Source: an uncultured Verrucomicrobiae bacterium
GTDB taxonomy: Bacteria; Verrucomicrobiota; Verrucomicrobiia; Chthoniobacterales; Chthoniobacteraceae
Assembly (NCBI GenBank): GCA_963769025.1
Contig: CAVYKI010000003.1
Location: forward strand, 224,001 to 288,000
Length of the DNA stretch: 64,000 bases
Reading direction: 5' to 3'
The notes beneath the pieces are model-generated. The model had not been told where the DNA came from, ran no database searches, and was given only the letters and a program-made list of their open reading frames with translations. The translations under genes were made by a program, and so were the position numbers. Of this stretch, positions 22,816-33,247 are shown in pieces; the first letter of the stretch is position 1, and each line of letters starts with the position of its first letter.

Positions 22816-23945
22816 ATGCCCGTTGTCGCAAAAGGTCTCGAAGGAATCATCGCCAACTCCACCCGTCTCTCCGACGTGCTCGGAGACGTCGGCCAGCTCA
22901 TCTACGCGGGCTACGACATCAATGAACTCGCGGGAAAAGTGTCCTTCGAGGAGGTCATCCACCTCCTGTGGTACGGCGAACTCCCGAACTGGCGCCAGCT
23001 CAACACGCTGACCGAGGAGCTGCGCAGCCACCGCGAGCTTCCCCGTGGCGTCATCGATTTCCTCACCTCGGCCCCGAAGGACGCGGGACCCGATGGATGT
23101 GATCCGCACCGCGATCTCGATGCTCGGCCTCTACGATCACCATCTCGATGACACCTCGGTGGATCGCAATCGCGAGCGCGCCATCAGCATCACCGCGCGG
23201 ATTTCCGTCATCGCCGCGTACTACCACCGCGCGCGCATGGGCAAGAAGCTCCTCCCCATCCGCAAGGATCTCGGCGAAGCCGCGCACTTCCTCTACCTGC
23301 TCACCGGCGAAGAGCCGAGCGCCGAGGCCGCGCAGACGCTCGACGTCGCCTACGTGCTCCACGCCGACCACGGCATGAACGCCTCAACGTTCAGCGCGCG
23401 CGTCACCATCGCGACGCTGACGCGACATGTATTCCGCCATCACCTCCGCGATCGGCACGCTGAAAGGCCCGCTGCACGGCGGCGCGAACGAAGGCGTCAT
23501 CCACATGCTCCAGGAGATCGGCAGCGAGGCGAATGTGGACGCATGGGTGGACAACGCGCTCGCGCAGAAAAAGAAGATCATGGGCATCGGCCACCGCGTC
23601 TACAAGGTGCTCGACCCGCGCGCGCCGCACCTCCGCGCGATGGCCATCAAGCTCACGGAAAAGCACGGCGAGCCGAAATGGCTGCGCATGAGCGAGCGCA
23701 TCGCGACGATCATGAAGGAGAAGAAGGATCTGAATGCGAACGTCGATTTCTACAGCGCCACGGTCTATTACTCGCTCGGCCTGCCGACGGACATGTTCAC
23801 GCCCATCTTCGCCATCTCGCGCACCGCGGGCTGGACCGGCCACGTCCTCGAACAGCTCGCCGACAACCGCCTCTACCGCCCGCTCAGCGAATACACCGGC
23901 CCGGCCGTCGGCAAAAAGGTCGTCCCGCTCGCGATGCGGGAATAG
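22816..23945 (+). CDS. gltA: Citrate synthase; frameshifts near 23088 and 23420
   Basis: KGLEGI, LHADHGMNASTF, GPLHGGANE, MGIGHRVYK, NANVDFYSA spread over three frames. Confidence 0.92.
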
Positions 23946-23960
23946 TCGGCGTCAGCGGCG

Positions 23961-25100
23961 CTATTCCGCGTCGGCGCCCTTCCCGTCCTTCTCCTTTTCC
24001 TTCCGCTCCTCGCGGCCGCGCTCGATGGCCTTCTTGCCATCCGGCTTCGGAAATTTCGCGAGCTTCCCGCGGACGATCTCCGCGCGCAGCGTGTCGCGCT
24101 CCTCAGCCTGCAGTTTTTGCTGCGAACTTTTCTGCAGGTGCGCCGGCTGCGTCTCCATGAAGAGCTGATCCACCAGCAGCCGCCCTTCCTCCGGGAAAAA
24201 GCCGAGGTCCGTGCCGAGCTTCAGGCAGCTCAGCAAATTCAGCGCTTCCTTGCTCGCCATGCTGTGCGCGTGGCGGAGGATTCCGTACGCGCGCCCGATG
24301 TTGTCGAGCAGCAGCGTCGCCCGCTTGTCGAGGAGGCTCGCCCGCGCGTTCTGCTCGTGCTGGAGGATCTGCTCGATGACCTTGTTCAGCCGCATGAGGA
24401 TCTCGTCCTCCTTTTCGCCGAGCGTCGTCTGGTTGGAGATCTGGAAAAGATTCCCGAGCGCCTCCGTGCCCTCGCCGTAAAGCCCGCGCACGGCGAGCCC
24501 GACCTTGTTCACCGCGCCGATGACCTGGTTGATCTGCTCGCTCAGCACGAGGCCCGGCAGATGCATCATCGCGCTCGCGCGCATCCCGGTGCCGACATTC
24601 GTCGGGCACGCGGTGAGAAATCCGTACTGCTGGTGAAATGCGAAATCGAGCCGCTCGCCGAGCGCCGTGTCCACCTTGTCCACGAGCTTGAAGACGTTCC
24701 TCAGCTGCAGCCCGCTGCGGATGCCCTGGATGCGCAGGTGGTCCTCCTCGTTGATCATCACCGAAAGCGTCTGCTTGCGGTTCATCACCACCGCCGAGCC
24801 GATGCCCTTCGCCGCGTGCTCGCGCGAGACGAGGTGCCGCTCCACGAGCACCTGCTTTTCCAGCGCGCTGAGATCCTGCGAATACGCCGAATACGCATCC
24901 GCCATCTCCGGCAGCGACTCCACCTGCGGCTTCACGCATTCGAGCACCGCGATGCGGTCCGCCTTCTTCGCCCAGCCGGGGAATGAAAAGTTGCGCAGGT
25001 TCCGCGCGAGCCGCACGCGGCTGCTGATGACGATGTGGCTCTGCGGCCCGTCGCCGCTCAGCCACTCGCCGGATTCCGTGAGGATGTTGTGCAGCGCCAT
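23961..25100 (-). CDS. mcsB: Protein arginine kinase McsB
   Basis: ISSRVRLARN, INEEDHLRIQ, LTACPTNVGTGMRAS, VRGLYGEG, FQISNQTTLG. Confidence 0.93.
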   Translation of the reverse strand: MALHNILTESGEWLSGDGPQSHIVISSRVRLARNLRNFSFPGWAKKADRIAVLECVKPQVESLPEMADAYSAYSQDLSALEKQVLVERHLVSREHAAKGIGSAVVMNRKQTLSVMINEEDHLRIQGIRSGLQLRNVFKLVDKVDTALGERLDFAFHQQYGFLTACPTNVGTGMRASAMMHLPGLVLSEQINQVIGAVNKVGLAVRGLYGEGTEALGNLFQISNQTTLGEKEDEILMRLNKVIEQILQHEQNARASLLDKRATLLLDNIGRAYGILRHAHSMASKEALNLLSCLKLGTDLGFFPEEGRLLVDQLFMETQPAHLQKSSQQKLQAEERDTLRAEIVRGKLAKFPKPDGKKAIERGREERKEKEKDGKGADAE

Positions 25101-25102
25101 GG

Positions 25103-25600
25103 CTAGGTCCCTCCGGCGTTGCCCGGCTCGAACTGCTTGATCTTGTCGCGCAGTTCCGCGGCCGTCTCGTATTTCTCGTCGTCCACCGCCTTGCGCAGTT
25201 CGCGCTGCAGCCGCTTCAGTTCCTCCGCGTGCTGGCGCGCCTTCAGCAGACGCTGCGGCACCTTGCCGACGTGCGTCGTGCCCTTGTGCATGCCCTTCAG
25301 CATCGCCTCGAGCCCCTCGGCGAAGACCTCGTAGCAATTCGAGCAGCCAAAGCGCCCCGTCTTCTTGAAATCCGCCTGGCTGAACCCGCACATCGGGCAC
25401 TTCTGCCCCACGCCGCTGCGCTCCATCTCCTCCGACGCGCCGAGCCCGAGCAGCATGTCCGCGAGCGCAAATCCCTTCGGATCCGTCACGCCCTTCTCCT
25501 TCGAGCAGCCGTCGCACAGGTTCACCTTCTGCATCTTCCCATCCACGATCTGGGTGAGAAATACCGTGGCTGTCTTCTGTTTGCAGACGTCGCAGTTCAT
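25103..25600 (-). CDS. mcsA: McsA (CxxC zinc fingers plus UvrB/C motif)
   Basis: Four CxxC motifs, GRFGCSNCY, EKYETAAELRDKI. Confidence 0.92.
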   Translation of the reverse strand: MNCDVCKQKTATVFLTQIVDGKMQKVNLCDGCSKEKGVTDPKGFALADMLLGLGASEEMERSGVGQKCPMCGFSQADFKKTGRFGCSNCYEVFAEGLEAMLKGMHKGTTHVGKVPQRLLKARQHAEELKRLQRELRKAVDDEKYETAAELRDKIKQFEPGNAGGT

Positions 25601-25673
25601 TCCGAGGAAAAGATGGAACCGTCCCCGCCAAGGTCAAGCACTTCGCGCGACCGGAGGCGGAAACGGCGCGCGC

Positions 25674-26558
25674 CTATTCGTAAACCGGCGTCCCCGTCGA
25701 GTGCGCGATCTCGCGGAATTTCGCGACCACGCGCTTCGTGATCGGCCCCGGCTTCCCGTCGCCGAGCACCCGCTGATCCAGCTTCACCGCCGCGATGACC
25801 TCCGCCGCCGTGCCGGTGAGGAAGCACTCGTCCGCCGTGTAAATGTCGTGCCGCGTGAGATCGCGCTCGCGCAGCGGGATGCCGAGCGCCTCCGCGATTT
25901 CAAACACCACGCGCCGCGTGATTCCATCCAGCGCCCCCGCGCTCAGCGGCGGCGTGGAGATCGCACCGTCGCGAATCACGAAGATGTTGTCGCCCGTGCA
26001 TTCCGCCACGAGCCCCTGGTCGTTCAGCATCAGCCCTTCCTCCGCGCCCGCCTGGATCGCCTCCACCTTCGCCATGATGTTGTTGAGGTAGTTCAGCGAC
26101 TTCACCTGCGGCGGCAGGATGTCGTGCCGCGGACGCCGCGTCGCCACCGTCGCCATCACCAGCCCGTTTTCATAAGCGCTCTCGGGATAGAGCTGGATGC
26201 TCGCCGCGATGATGAACACGGACGGCTTCGGGCACTTGTAAGGCGAAAGCCCCATCGGCCCCACGCCACGCGTCACCACCGTGCGGATGTAACCATCGCG
26301 AAGCCCGTTCGCCTTCACCGTCTCCACCGTCGCGCGCATCATCTCCTCCGGCGTCATCGGGATGTTCAGCAGCAGCGCCTTCGCGCTGTCAAAAATCCGC
26401 CGCGTGTGCTCCTCGAGCCGGAAGACGCGCCCATTGTAAAACCGGATCCCCTCAAAGCACCCGTCGCCATAAAGCAGCCCATGGTCGAACACGGAAACCT
26501 TCGCCTGCGATTCAGGCACAATCTTTCCGTCGAGGTAAATGAGCAGTTCTTTGGTCAT
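25674..26558 (-). CDS. ilvE: Branched-chain amino acid aminotransferase
   Basis: DHGLLYGDGCFEGIR, VKSLNYLNN, LDGITR, FLTGTAAE. Confidence 0.93.
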   Translation of the reverse strand: MTKELLIYLDGKIVPESQAKVSVFDHGLLYGDGCFEGIRFYNGRVFRLEEHTRRIFDSAKALLLNIPMTPEEMMRATVETVKANGLRDGYIRTVVTRGVGPMGLSPYKCPKPSVFIIAASIQLYPESAYENGLVMATVATRRPRHDILPPQVKSLNYLNNIMAKVEAIQAGAEEGLMLNDQGLVAECTGDNIFVIRDGAISTPPLSAGALDGITRRVVFEIAEALGIPLRERDLTRHDIYTADECFLTGTAAEVIAAVKLDQRVLGDGKPGPITKRVVAKFREIAHSTGTPVYE

Positions 26559-26752
26559 GCGGGTCGCGGACGGTGGCAGCGTGCGCGCCGAATTCAAGCG
26601 GCGACATGCAAAACGCCCGAAAGACTGCCGCCCCGTTACGCTCCCAAAGCAACGCGCCCCGGCAGGATCGACGCCGGCCGCTTCACGTGGCCGAACGATT
26701 GACCCACCCCCTCCCCTTTGCTTATCCACTCCCGGCGGCTCCCCCTTTCCGC

Positions 26753-29605
26753 ATGGCCACTCCCCAGACCGAAATCCTCATCACAGTCTCCGGCACCGAA
26801 CACGGCCGCCACATCCTTCCGCCCGGCGTTTACGTCCTCGGCCGCAACCCCGACTGCGACATCCGCGTGGACGCCGACCTCGTCTCCCGCCGGCACGCGC
26901 AGCTCACGCTCAATTTCGACAACGCCCTCATCGAAGACCTCGGCAGCAGCAACGGCACGCTCGTGAACGGCAAGCCCGTCGCCGGGAACACGCGGCTGTG
27001 GCCCAACCAGAAAATCCAGATCGGCGCCGCCACCATCGAGCTGCACCGGCTGAAGACCGAGTCCACCCCCGACATGTCGCTCGCCCCGACCGCCGAGGTC
27101 GTGCAGCGCGTGCTGCCGGAGGAGTTCCTGCGGGAGAAAAAATACGACATCGGCGGAGTCGTCGCGCAGGGCGGCATGGGTGCCATCCTCGACGCCAAGG
27201 AAGCCACCATCGGCCGCACCGTCGCCATGAAGGTGATGCTCGACTCGAATTCCCCCGACGACCTCCTGCGCTTCATCCACGAGGCCAAGGTCACCGGCCA
27301 GCTCGACCATCCCAACATCGTCCCCGTCTATGAGCTGAGCGTGGATGAAAACGGCCAGGTCTTCTACACCATGAAAATGGTGCGCGGCATCACCTTGAAA
27401 AAGGTGATCGAACTGCTCGCCGCGGGCACCGAGGCCACGGTGAAAAAGTATCCCGCTCCCCGTGCTGCTCACCGTCTTCCAGAAGGTCTGCGACGCGCTC
27501 GCCTTTGCGCACAGCAGGCACGTCATCCACCGCGACCTGAAGCCGGAAAATATCATGCTCGGCGACTTCGGCAGCGTGCTCGTCATGGACTGGGGGCTGG
27601 CGAAGATCCTCGGCAAAAAGGACGCGCCTTCCGCGGGCAACGTCGCATCGGCGCGCGACTCCGCGCCTGCCTTGGATGCCACGATGGCCGGCACCATCAT
27701 GGGCACGCCGCAATACATGGCCCCCGAGCAGGCGCGCGGCGAGGTGGAGACGATGGACCACCGCGCGGACATCTACGCGCTGGGCGCGATCCTCTACACC
27801 ATCCTCGCCCTGCGCCCGCCCGTGGAGGGCACCGACGCCTGGGACATCGTCGGCAAAGTCGGCCGCGGCGAGATCGACCCCTTGGTAGGGCCGCCTCGCC
27901 GAGGCGGCCCACTTCCCGCCTCGTCCTCTCACGCAAACGCGAAAGCAAGCGTGGGCGCGCCCGGCGGTCGCGCCCTACCCCGCAGCGTCATCCCCGAGTC
28001 GCTCGCCGCCGTGGTGAAGAAGGCCATGGCCCTCCACCCGTCCGCGCGCTACCGCAGCGTCGAGGAGCTGCAGGCCGACATCCTCGCCTACCAGAACGGC
28101 TTCGCCACCGGCGCGGAGCGGGCCGGCTGGTTCAAGCGCGCCAGCCTCGCCATCAAGCGCAACAAGGCCGCCTCCATCGGCGTCGCCGCGGTGCTGCTCA
28201 TCGGCGGCGGGTTCGGCACGAAGGCCCTCCTCGAAGGCCGCCGCGCCGAGCAGGCCCTCGCCGACTTGAAAAAGAGCGCCCCCGCGCTGCTCCAGCTCGC
28301 CGAGAGCGAAGCCGACTCCCAGCGCTTCGACAGCGCGCTGGGAGAAGCTCGACGCCGCCCTCGCGCTGGACCCCGCGCTCCACCGCGCCCGCTGGCAGCG
28401 CGCGTGGGTGCTCCTCGCCCTGGAGCGCTGGAGCGAAGCCGCCGACGCCCTGCGCCTCGCGCAACAACACGACCCGGCCGGCGCGAAGCTCGCCAGCATC
28501 CTCCCCGCCGTGGAGAAAGTCGCCGCCGCCCCCGAGGCCGGGCGGTGGAAAAGCGACGCCGCCCGCGAGGTCTTCGCGCATCTGCAAACCGTCGCAGCCA
28601 CCGGCCCCGCGCTCGCCTTCTCGGGCAAGCTCAAGCTCGGTGCCGAGGAGCGGCGCAAGCTCGCCGACCAGCGCCTGCTCGCGGCCTTGGGTAAAGGGAA
28701 CTACACCAAATTCAGCGTAGACAATGATGGCCTTGTTGCCGTCGACGTGAATGGCAGACCGCTCCGGTCTCTTGAAGCCTTTCGAGGGCTTGCCAATCGA
28801 CAATCTAAATGCCAGCGTACCACACTCATTACCGACCTGGAGCCGTTGCGCGGGATGCGCCTCCAAGTGCTGTCCATCGAAGCTTGCAAGGCATCACGGA
28901 CCTTACACCACTTCGCGGAATGCCACTGCGCTCGCTGAACCTTGAATGCTACTCCTGTCCGCGATCTTTCACCGCTCGTTGGCATGAAGCTGTCAAAGCT
29001 CAACGCGTTCAACAGCCAGGTCGCCGATCTCACGCCGCTGGCCGGAATGCCACTCACGATTCTGGATCTCTCAGGCACGCCGGTTACTCGAATCGAAGCA
29101 CTCCGCGGCATGCCACTCACCAACTTGAAGGTCAGTTCGCGCGTTGTGGATTACTCCCCGTTGAAAGGCGCACCTCTCCAGGCCCTCTTCATCCAGGGGT
29201 GCAAACATCCCGATCTCTCCTTCGCCAAAGGAATGCCGCTACGCTCACTTTTCGCTCCCAGTTCAAGCTTTTCTAACATTGAGGGGCTGCGTGGGCTGCC
29301 GCTCGAAGACCTCAATTTGTCCTACACACCCGTCACCGACCTCTCCCCATTGGCAGGGCGCCGTTGAAAGATTGAACCTTCGCGGCTGCAGGAAGCTCAC
29401 CGATTACACCCCGGTGCTCACGCTGCCCCGGCTCGAACGGCTGCATTGCGACGTGCTGCCCGCGGCCCTGCTGCCGCTGCGCGAGAGCGCGACCTTGCAG
29501 AGCATCGAAGCCGACGCCTACCCCGGCGAAGGCTCCCAAGGCGCGCGCCCCGTCGCCGATTTCTGGCGCGCCTACGACGCCCACCAGGCGGCGCAGAAGA
29601 AGTGA
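26753..29605 (+). CDS. FHA-Ser/Thr kinase-TPR-like-LRR protein; several frameshifts (near 27452, 28341, 28790-28945, 29362)
   Basis: FHA (LGR...VSRRHA...DLGSSNGT); kinase (GGMG, VAMK, HRDLKPEN, DWGLAK, GTPQYMAPEQ); about ten 21-aa LRRs of the form DLSPLxGMPLxxLxL. Confidence 0.85.
27884..27979. repeat. 96-bp REP doublet (REPIN-like) inserted in frame in the kinase gene
   Basis: GGTAG-GGCCGCCTC-GCC-GAGGCGGCC ... GGCGCGCCCGGCGGTCGCGCC-CTACC: two inverted GTAG-led hairpins. Confidence 0.8.
29419..29461 (+). repeat. Direct repeat, copy 1 (inside the kinase 3' end)
   Basis: 41/43 identical to 30190-30232. Confidence 0.85.
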
Positions 29606-29646
29606 GCCCGGCTTGCCTTTGCGAGCGTGAACGGTAGGTTTCGCCC

Positions 29647-29856
29647 ATGAGCTTCAGTGAGATTCTCGATGAATTGCCGCATCTCAGTCCGCAGGAGCGG
29701 CTGCGTGTGGCGGAGCAGGCGCTGGCGCTGGATGCGCTCTCCGCAGAGGATGAATCAGTCGTCCGGGAGCGGCTTGCCGAACATGACCGGGCACCGGGGA
29801 CGGCGATTCCTCTGGATGATTTCCTCGCGCAGTTGCGCACGCGCCACGGGCTGTGA
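29647..29856 (+). CDS. Putative addiction-module antitoxin
   Basis: 69 aa, ILDELPHLSPQERL...RERLAEHD..P..AIPLDDF; overlaps the toxin start (GTGA). Confidence 0.75.
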   Translation: MSFSEILDELPHLSPQERLRVAEQALALDALSAEDESVVRERLAEHDRAPGTAIPLDDFLAQLRTRHGL

Positions 29857-30161
29857 GCTGGCGTGTGGTGGTGCGTCCGGAGGTCCGTGTGGATCTCGAC
29901 GAAGCAGCAGCGTGGTATGATGGCCAGCGCGCCGGGCTGGGAAGGGAGTTTGTCGCGGCAGTGGCGGGCGTTTTTCCTGAGTTGTCGGAGAACCCGTTTC
30001 TGAATTCGCGACGGCATCCCACGCGGCACATCCGCTGGCGCTACCCCGAGCGCTTCCCGTATCGGATCATCTATCGTGTGGATGAAGCAGACAATGCCGT
30101 GGTGATCGTGGCCGTCCTGCACGCCGCAAGACATGACCGCCGCTGGCGTGAGCGGCTGTAA
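29853..30161 (+). CDS. RelE/ParE family toxin
   Basis: DLDEAAAWYDGQRAGLGREF...RFPYRIIYRV...VAVLHAAR. Confidence 0.88.
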   Translation: MSWRVVVRPEVRVDLDEAAAWYDGQRAGLGREFVAAVAGVFPELSENPFLNSRRHPTRHIRWRYPERFPYRIIYRVDEADNAVVIVAVLHAARHDRRWRERL

Positions 30162-30189
30162 CGAATTCGCCGAACACTCCACGGGCGCC

Positions 30190-30232
30190 CACGCTGCTCC
30201 GGCTCGAACGGCTGCATTGCGGCGTGCTGCCC
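30190..30232 (+). repeat. Direct repeat, copy 2 (degenerate kinase 3' fragment)
   Basis: 41/43 identical to 29419-29461; weaker similarity continues on both sides. Confidence 0.85.
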
Positions 30233-30268
30233 CGTCGAAGGCCCAACGCGCGCGCGCCGACGCAGCGT

Positions 30269-30964
30269 TCAGCCGGCCACGGGCGCCGCTCCGTCCACGA
30301 TGAGGCCGTCGCGCATTTCCAGCGTGCGGTCGCCGCGCCGGGCGAGCGCGCGGTCGTGCGTCACCACCACGAGCGTTTTCTTTTCGGCACGCACGAGATT
30401 CAGCAGCAGTTCCACGATGCTGCCGCCAGTGGCGGAGTCGAGATTGCCCGTCGGTTCGTCGGCGAAGATGACCTCGGGATCGTTGATGAGCGCGCGCGCG
30501 ATGGCCACGCGCTGCTGTTCGCCGCCGCTGAGTTCCGCGGGCAGATGCTGCAGCCGTTCGCCGAGCCCCACGCGCCCCAGCGCGGCCTCCGCCGCGGCCT
30601 GCCGCCCGTTGCCGCCGATGAGCGCGGGGAGCATCACATTTTCCAGCGCCGTGAGCTCCGGCAGCAGGTGATAGGCTTGGAAAATGAAGCCGAACTTCGT
30701 GTTCCGCAGCTTCGCGAGATTCGCCTCGGACTGCGAATACACGTCGGTGTCGCCAAATTTCACGACGCCTTTCTCGGGACGTTCGAGGCCGGCGAGCGTG
30801 TAGAGCAGCGTGCTTTTTCCAGCGCCGCTCGCGCCGCAGAGGAAGAGCGATTCGCCCGGCGTGATGTCGAGCGTGATGCCGCGCAGCACCTCGATGGTGC
30901 GTTCGCCCATCTTGAACGAGCGGAAAAGTTCGCGTGCGGAAATGTGGGCGGCTGGCTGGTTCAT
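30269..30964 (-). CDS. lolD: ABC transporter ATP-binding protein, LolD-like
   Basis: GASGAGKST, FIFQAYHLLPELTALENV, LSGGEQQRVAIARAL, ADEPTGNLD. Confidence 0.8.
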   Translation of the reverse strand: MNQPAAHISARELFRSFKMGERTIEVLRGITLDITPGESLFLCGASGAGKSTLLYTLAGLERPEKGVVKFGDTDVYSQSEANLAKLRNTKFGFIFQAYHLLPELTALENVMLPALIGGNGRQAAAEAALGRVGLGERLQHLPAELSGGEQQRVAIARALINDPEVIFADEPTGNLDSATGGSIVELLLNLVRAEKKTLVVVTHDRALARRGDRTLEMRDGLIVDGAAPVAG

Positions 30965-31126
30965 CGTGCGGCGCGCACCGTAAGCGCCGCCGCGCGCAGC
31001 GGCAACCCCTGTGATGTGCGAGCGAGCTGGAACGAAGTGCGGAAAGAATCATGCACTCGCGCCGAAGCGTCTCATCCGGAGTCGCGAAATGTGCCCCGGT
31101 CGGAAGCCCCGACCGACAGGCCGTGG

Positions 31127-32163
31127 CTATTGCAGCTTCGGAATGCCCTTGAGCGCGTCCTGAATCTGCTTTTGCACCTGCGCCTCGATGTCGTCACCGA
31201 TGGCGTCCGGGGCCTTCTTTGCGGCGGGATCCGGCGCACCGTCGCCGCCGCTCCAGTCGAGGCCTTCGGTGAAAATCTTCACCACGCTGCCTGCCGCCGC
31301 GGGCTGGACCATGATCGTCAGCTTCGCATCGCCCTGCTCGCGCTTGAGGATCGCACTCTTTTTCCCCATCAGATTCCCCGCGCCGTCCTTCCAGCCCTGC
31401 GCTTTCAGGTTCGCCGAAAACTCCTTTGCAACCGTCTCGACCGGCGACGCGCTGGAAAACTGGATCTGCTTCACGAGCGCTTTGAATTCCACATCGGTCG
31501 CGTCCTTCGGGAAGGGCAGCTTCCGCGCGGGGATGAGCGGACCGGCCGCAGCCTTGGGCGCCTTGATCGCCGGTTCGCGCGGTTCGTTCGCAGCCGGCTT
31601 TGGCGCCGCCGCAGGAGCGTTGCGCAGCTTCGCCGGCAGGGGCGCGGCGAATGTCAGTTCCACCTCCCACTTTTCGCCAAACGTATCGAGTTCCTTCCCC
31701 GTGCTGACACGCCCGCTCACATTCCCGCCCGCGATCTTAAAATCGACCATCTTGATCTCGCCGAGCGAGTTGAACCCCTGCTTCTCGTGCGCGCTGTGGG
31801 CCACCTGGCAGCCGAAAATCCCGCCATCGTGAAACACGCGCAGGATCAGCGCGCTGCCGAGCTTCCCGAACACCGCGTCGAACCCGGGCTTCTTCGCCTT
31901 CGCAGGATCCTTCTCCGTGAAAATCAGCGAGATCGCCTCCTTGTCGTTGAACGGCTCGTGTTCCTCCACCGTCACGAACTTGATCGCCGCGTTCTTGCCG
32001 TTGCCGACAAATTTCCCGGTGACCGTCGGCTTCACCGGCGGATCGAGCTTCGCGCCGGAGCCGCCGGGTTCGCCGGCGGGCTGTGCGGTGGCGAAGTCAC
32101 GACGAAGAACGCGACAAAAGCCGCTGAGATCTGCAAGAATCGAAGAGAAGGAGAGGTCTTCAT
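31127..32163 (-). CDS. Secreted hypothetical protein; frameshift near 32095
   Basis: Signal-like MKTSPSLRFLQISAAFVAFFVVT joins the long frame ATAQPAGE...GIPKLQ, which has host-like codon usage. Confidence 0.65.
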
Positions 32164-32270
32164 GGGTTGGAGTGGTTGATGGATGCCATGGGTTTTGGCG
32201 TATTCGCGATCCTTTGCGAGCGAACATTCCTCCCGCGTCGCTGCCATCAAAATGCCCTCCTGGCAGGGAG

Positions 32271-32357
32271 CGGATGGGGAGGGATTCGAACCCTCGTAGA
32301 CGGTTAAGCCTAACACGCTTTCCAAGCGTGCGCATTCGACCACTCTGCCACCCATCC
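32271..32357 (-). tRNA. tRNA-Ser(GGA)
   Basis: GGATGGG/CCCATCC acceptor stem, CACGC-TTGGAAA-GCGTG anticodon arm, long variable arm, GGTTCGAATCC T-loop; CCA not encoded. Confidence 0.96.
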
Positions 32358-32496
32358 TGAAAGCTGCGCACATCCTGCGCGGAATTTGCAGCGGCGCAAG
32401 GAAGTTGTTCATCGGATCAGCCATCACGGATTCACCGTCGACGCGAAGTTCCCTCCTTCCGAAGGCGCGCCCGGAAATGAAAGCACGGCCAAGCGG

Positions 32497-33129
32497 TTAG
32501 GATACCCTTCCGACGATTGAGTCGAGAAGGACGCCCGCCTGTTTGATTCCGAGGGCATTCAGAATCGCTTCGTCTTCTAATCCAAGATCGCGAAGATAGT
32601 CCTTTTGCTTCTGCGTAGCTGGCCGTTCATCGGGCAATGCCTGCGGTATGGAGCGTAAAGCGTTTTCGATACGGGCAACTGCCAGCCTCTTCATCTCGCG
32701 GTCCATGTTTCGATCCGTCTCGACTTCACACCTCCCATCTTCGGTAAGGAACTCAGGAAAATGGTCGGCGATTACCCTAAACGCACCAACATCGCCGCCA
32801 CGGTTCCTGATGGTCTCAACTTTTTCGAAAATCGCCGCTTTTTCTTCCGGTTTGAGGCGCCTCACGAGTCTTGGCTCGGGATCATCGCTCTGAAGTTCAC
32901 GAAGATCCGACTTCAGATCGCGAAGGGCTTCTCTTCGCTTTTTTTCTTTCGCGCGATTCTTTTCCTCAGCGAAGAACGATTTGATCGGCTTCCATTCACT
33001 AAGTCCCTCGTGCCAGCCCCATTCTTCGCCGTTGAACGTGCGATTAGCCAGGCACTCACGCACATGGGATAATGAATAGCGCCCGAACTCTTGACCATTG
33101 CGCGCAAGATGCAGGTGAGAAGGTTTCAT
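32497..33129 (-). CDS. GYF_2/DUF4339 domain protein (lower GC)
   Basis: ARNGQEFGRYS...WHEGLSEWKPI at the N-terminus; PATQKQKDYLRDLG near the C-terminus. Confidence 0.7.
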   Translation of the reverse strand: MKPSHLHLARNGQEFGRYSLSHVRECLANRTFNGEEWGWHEGLSEWKPIKSFFAEEKNRAKEKKRREALRDLKSDLRELQSDDPEPRLVRRLKPEEKAAIFEKVETIRNRGGDVGAFRVIADHFPEFLTEDGRCEVETDRNMDREMKRLAVARIENALRSIPQALPDERPATQKQKDYLRDLGLEDEAILNALGIKQAGVLLDSIVGRVS

Positions 33130-33247
33130 CGTTTGGGGGACAGGTGAGATTTTTATTCGCAGCAACAGTGGACAGCAATGTGATTACACATGCTTTTCGC
33201 GAAGCGAAACTCGACACCGCAACCAATCCTTCCGAAAGTGCGCGACA

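Noticed and set aside
29419..30232. DGR template/variable repeat pair
   Set aside because: Only two differences (C/T and A/G), not an adenine-specific pattern, and no reverse transcriptase in the window.
32271..32357. tRNA-Ser as an island integration site
   Set aside because: No integrase and no duplicated tRNA 3' end seen in the window.
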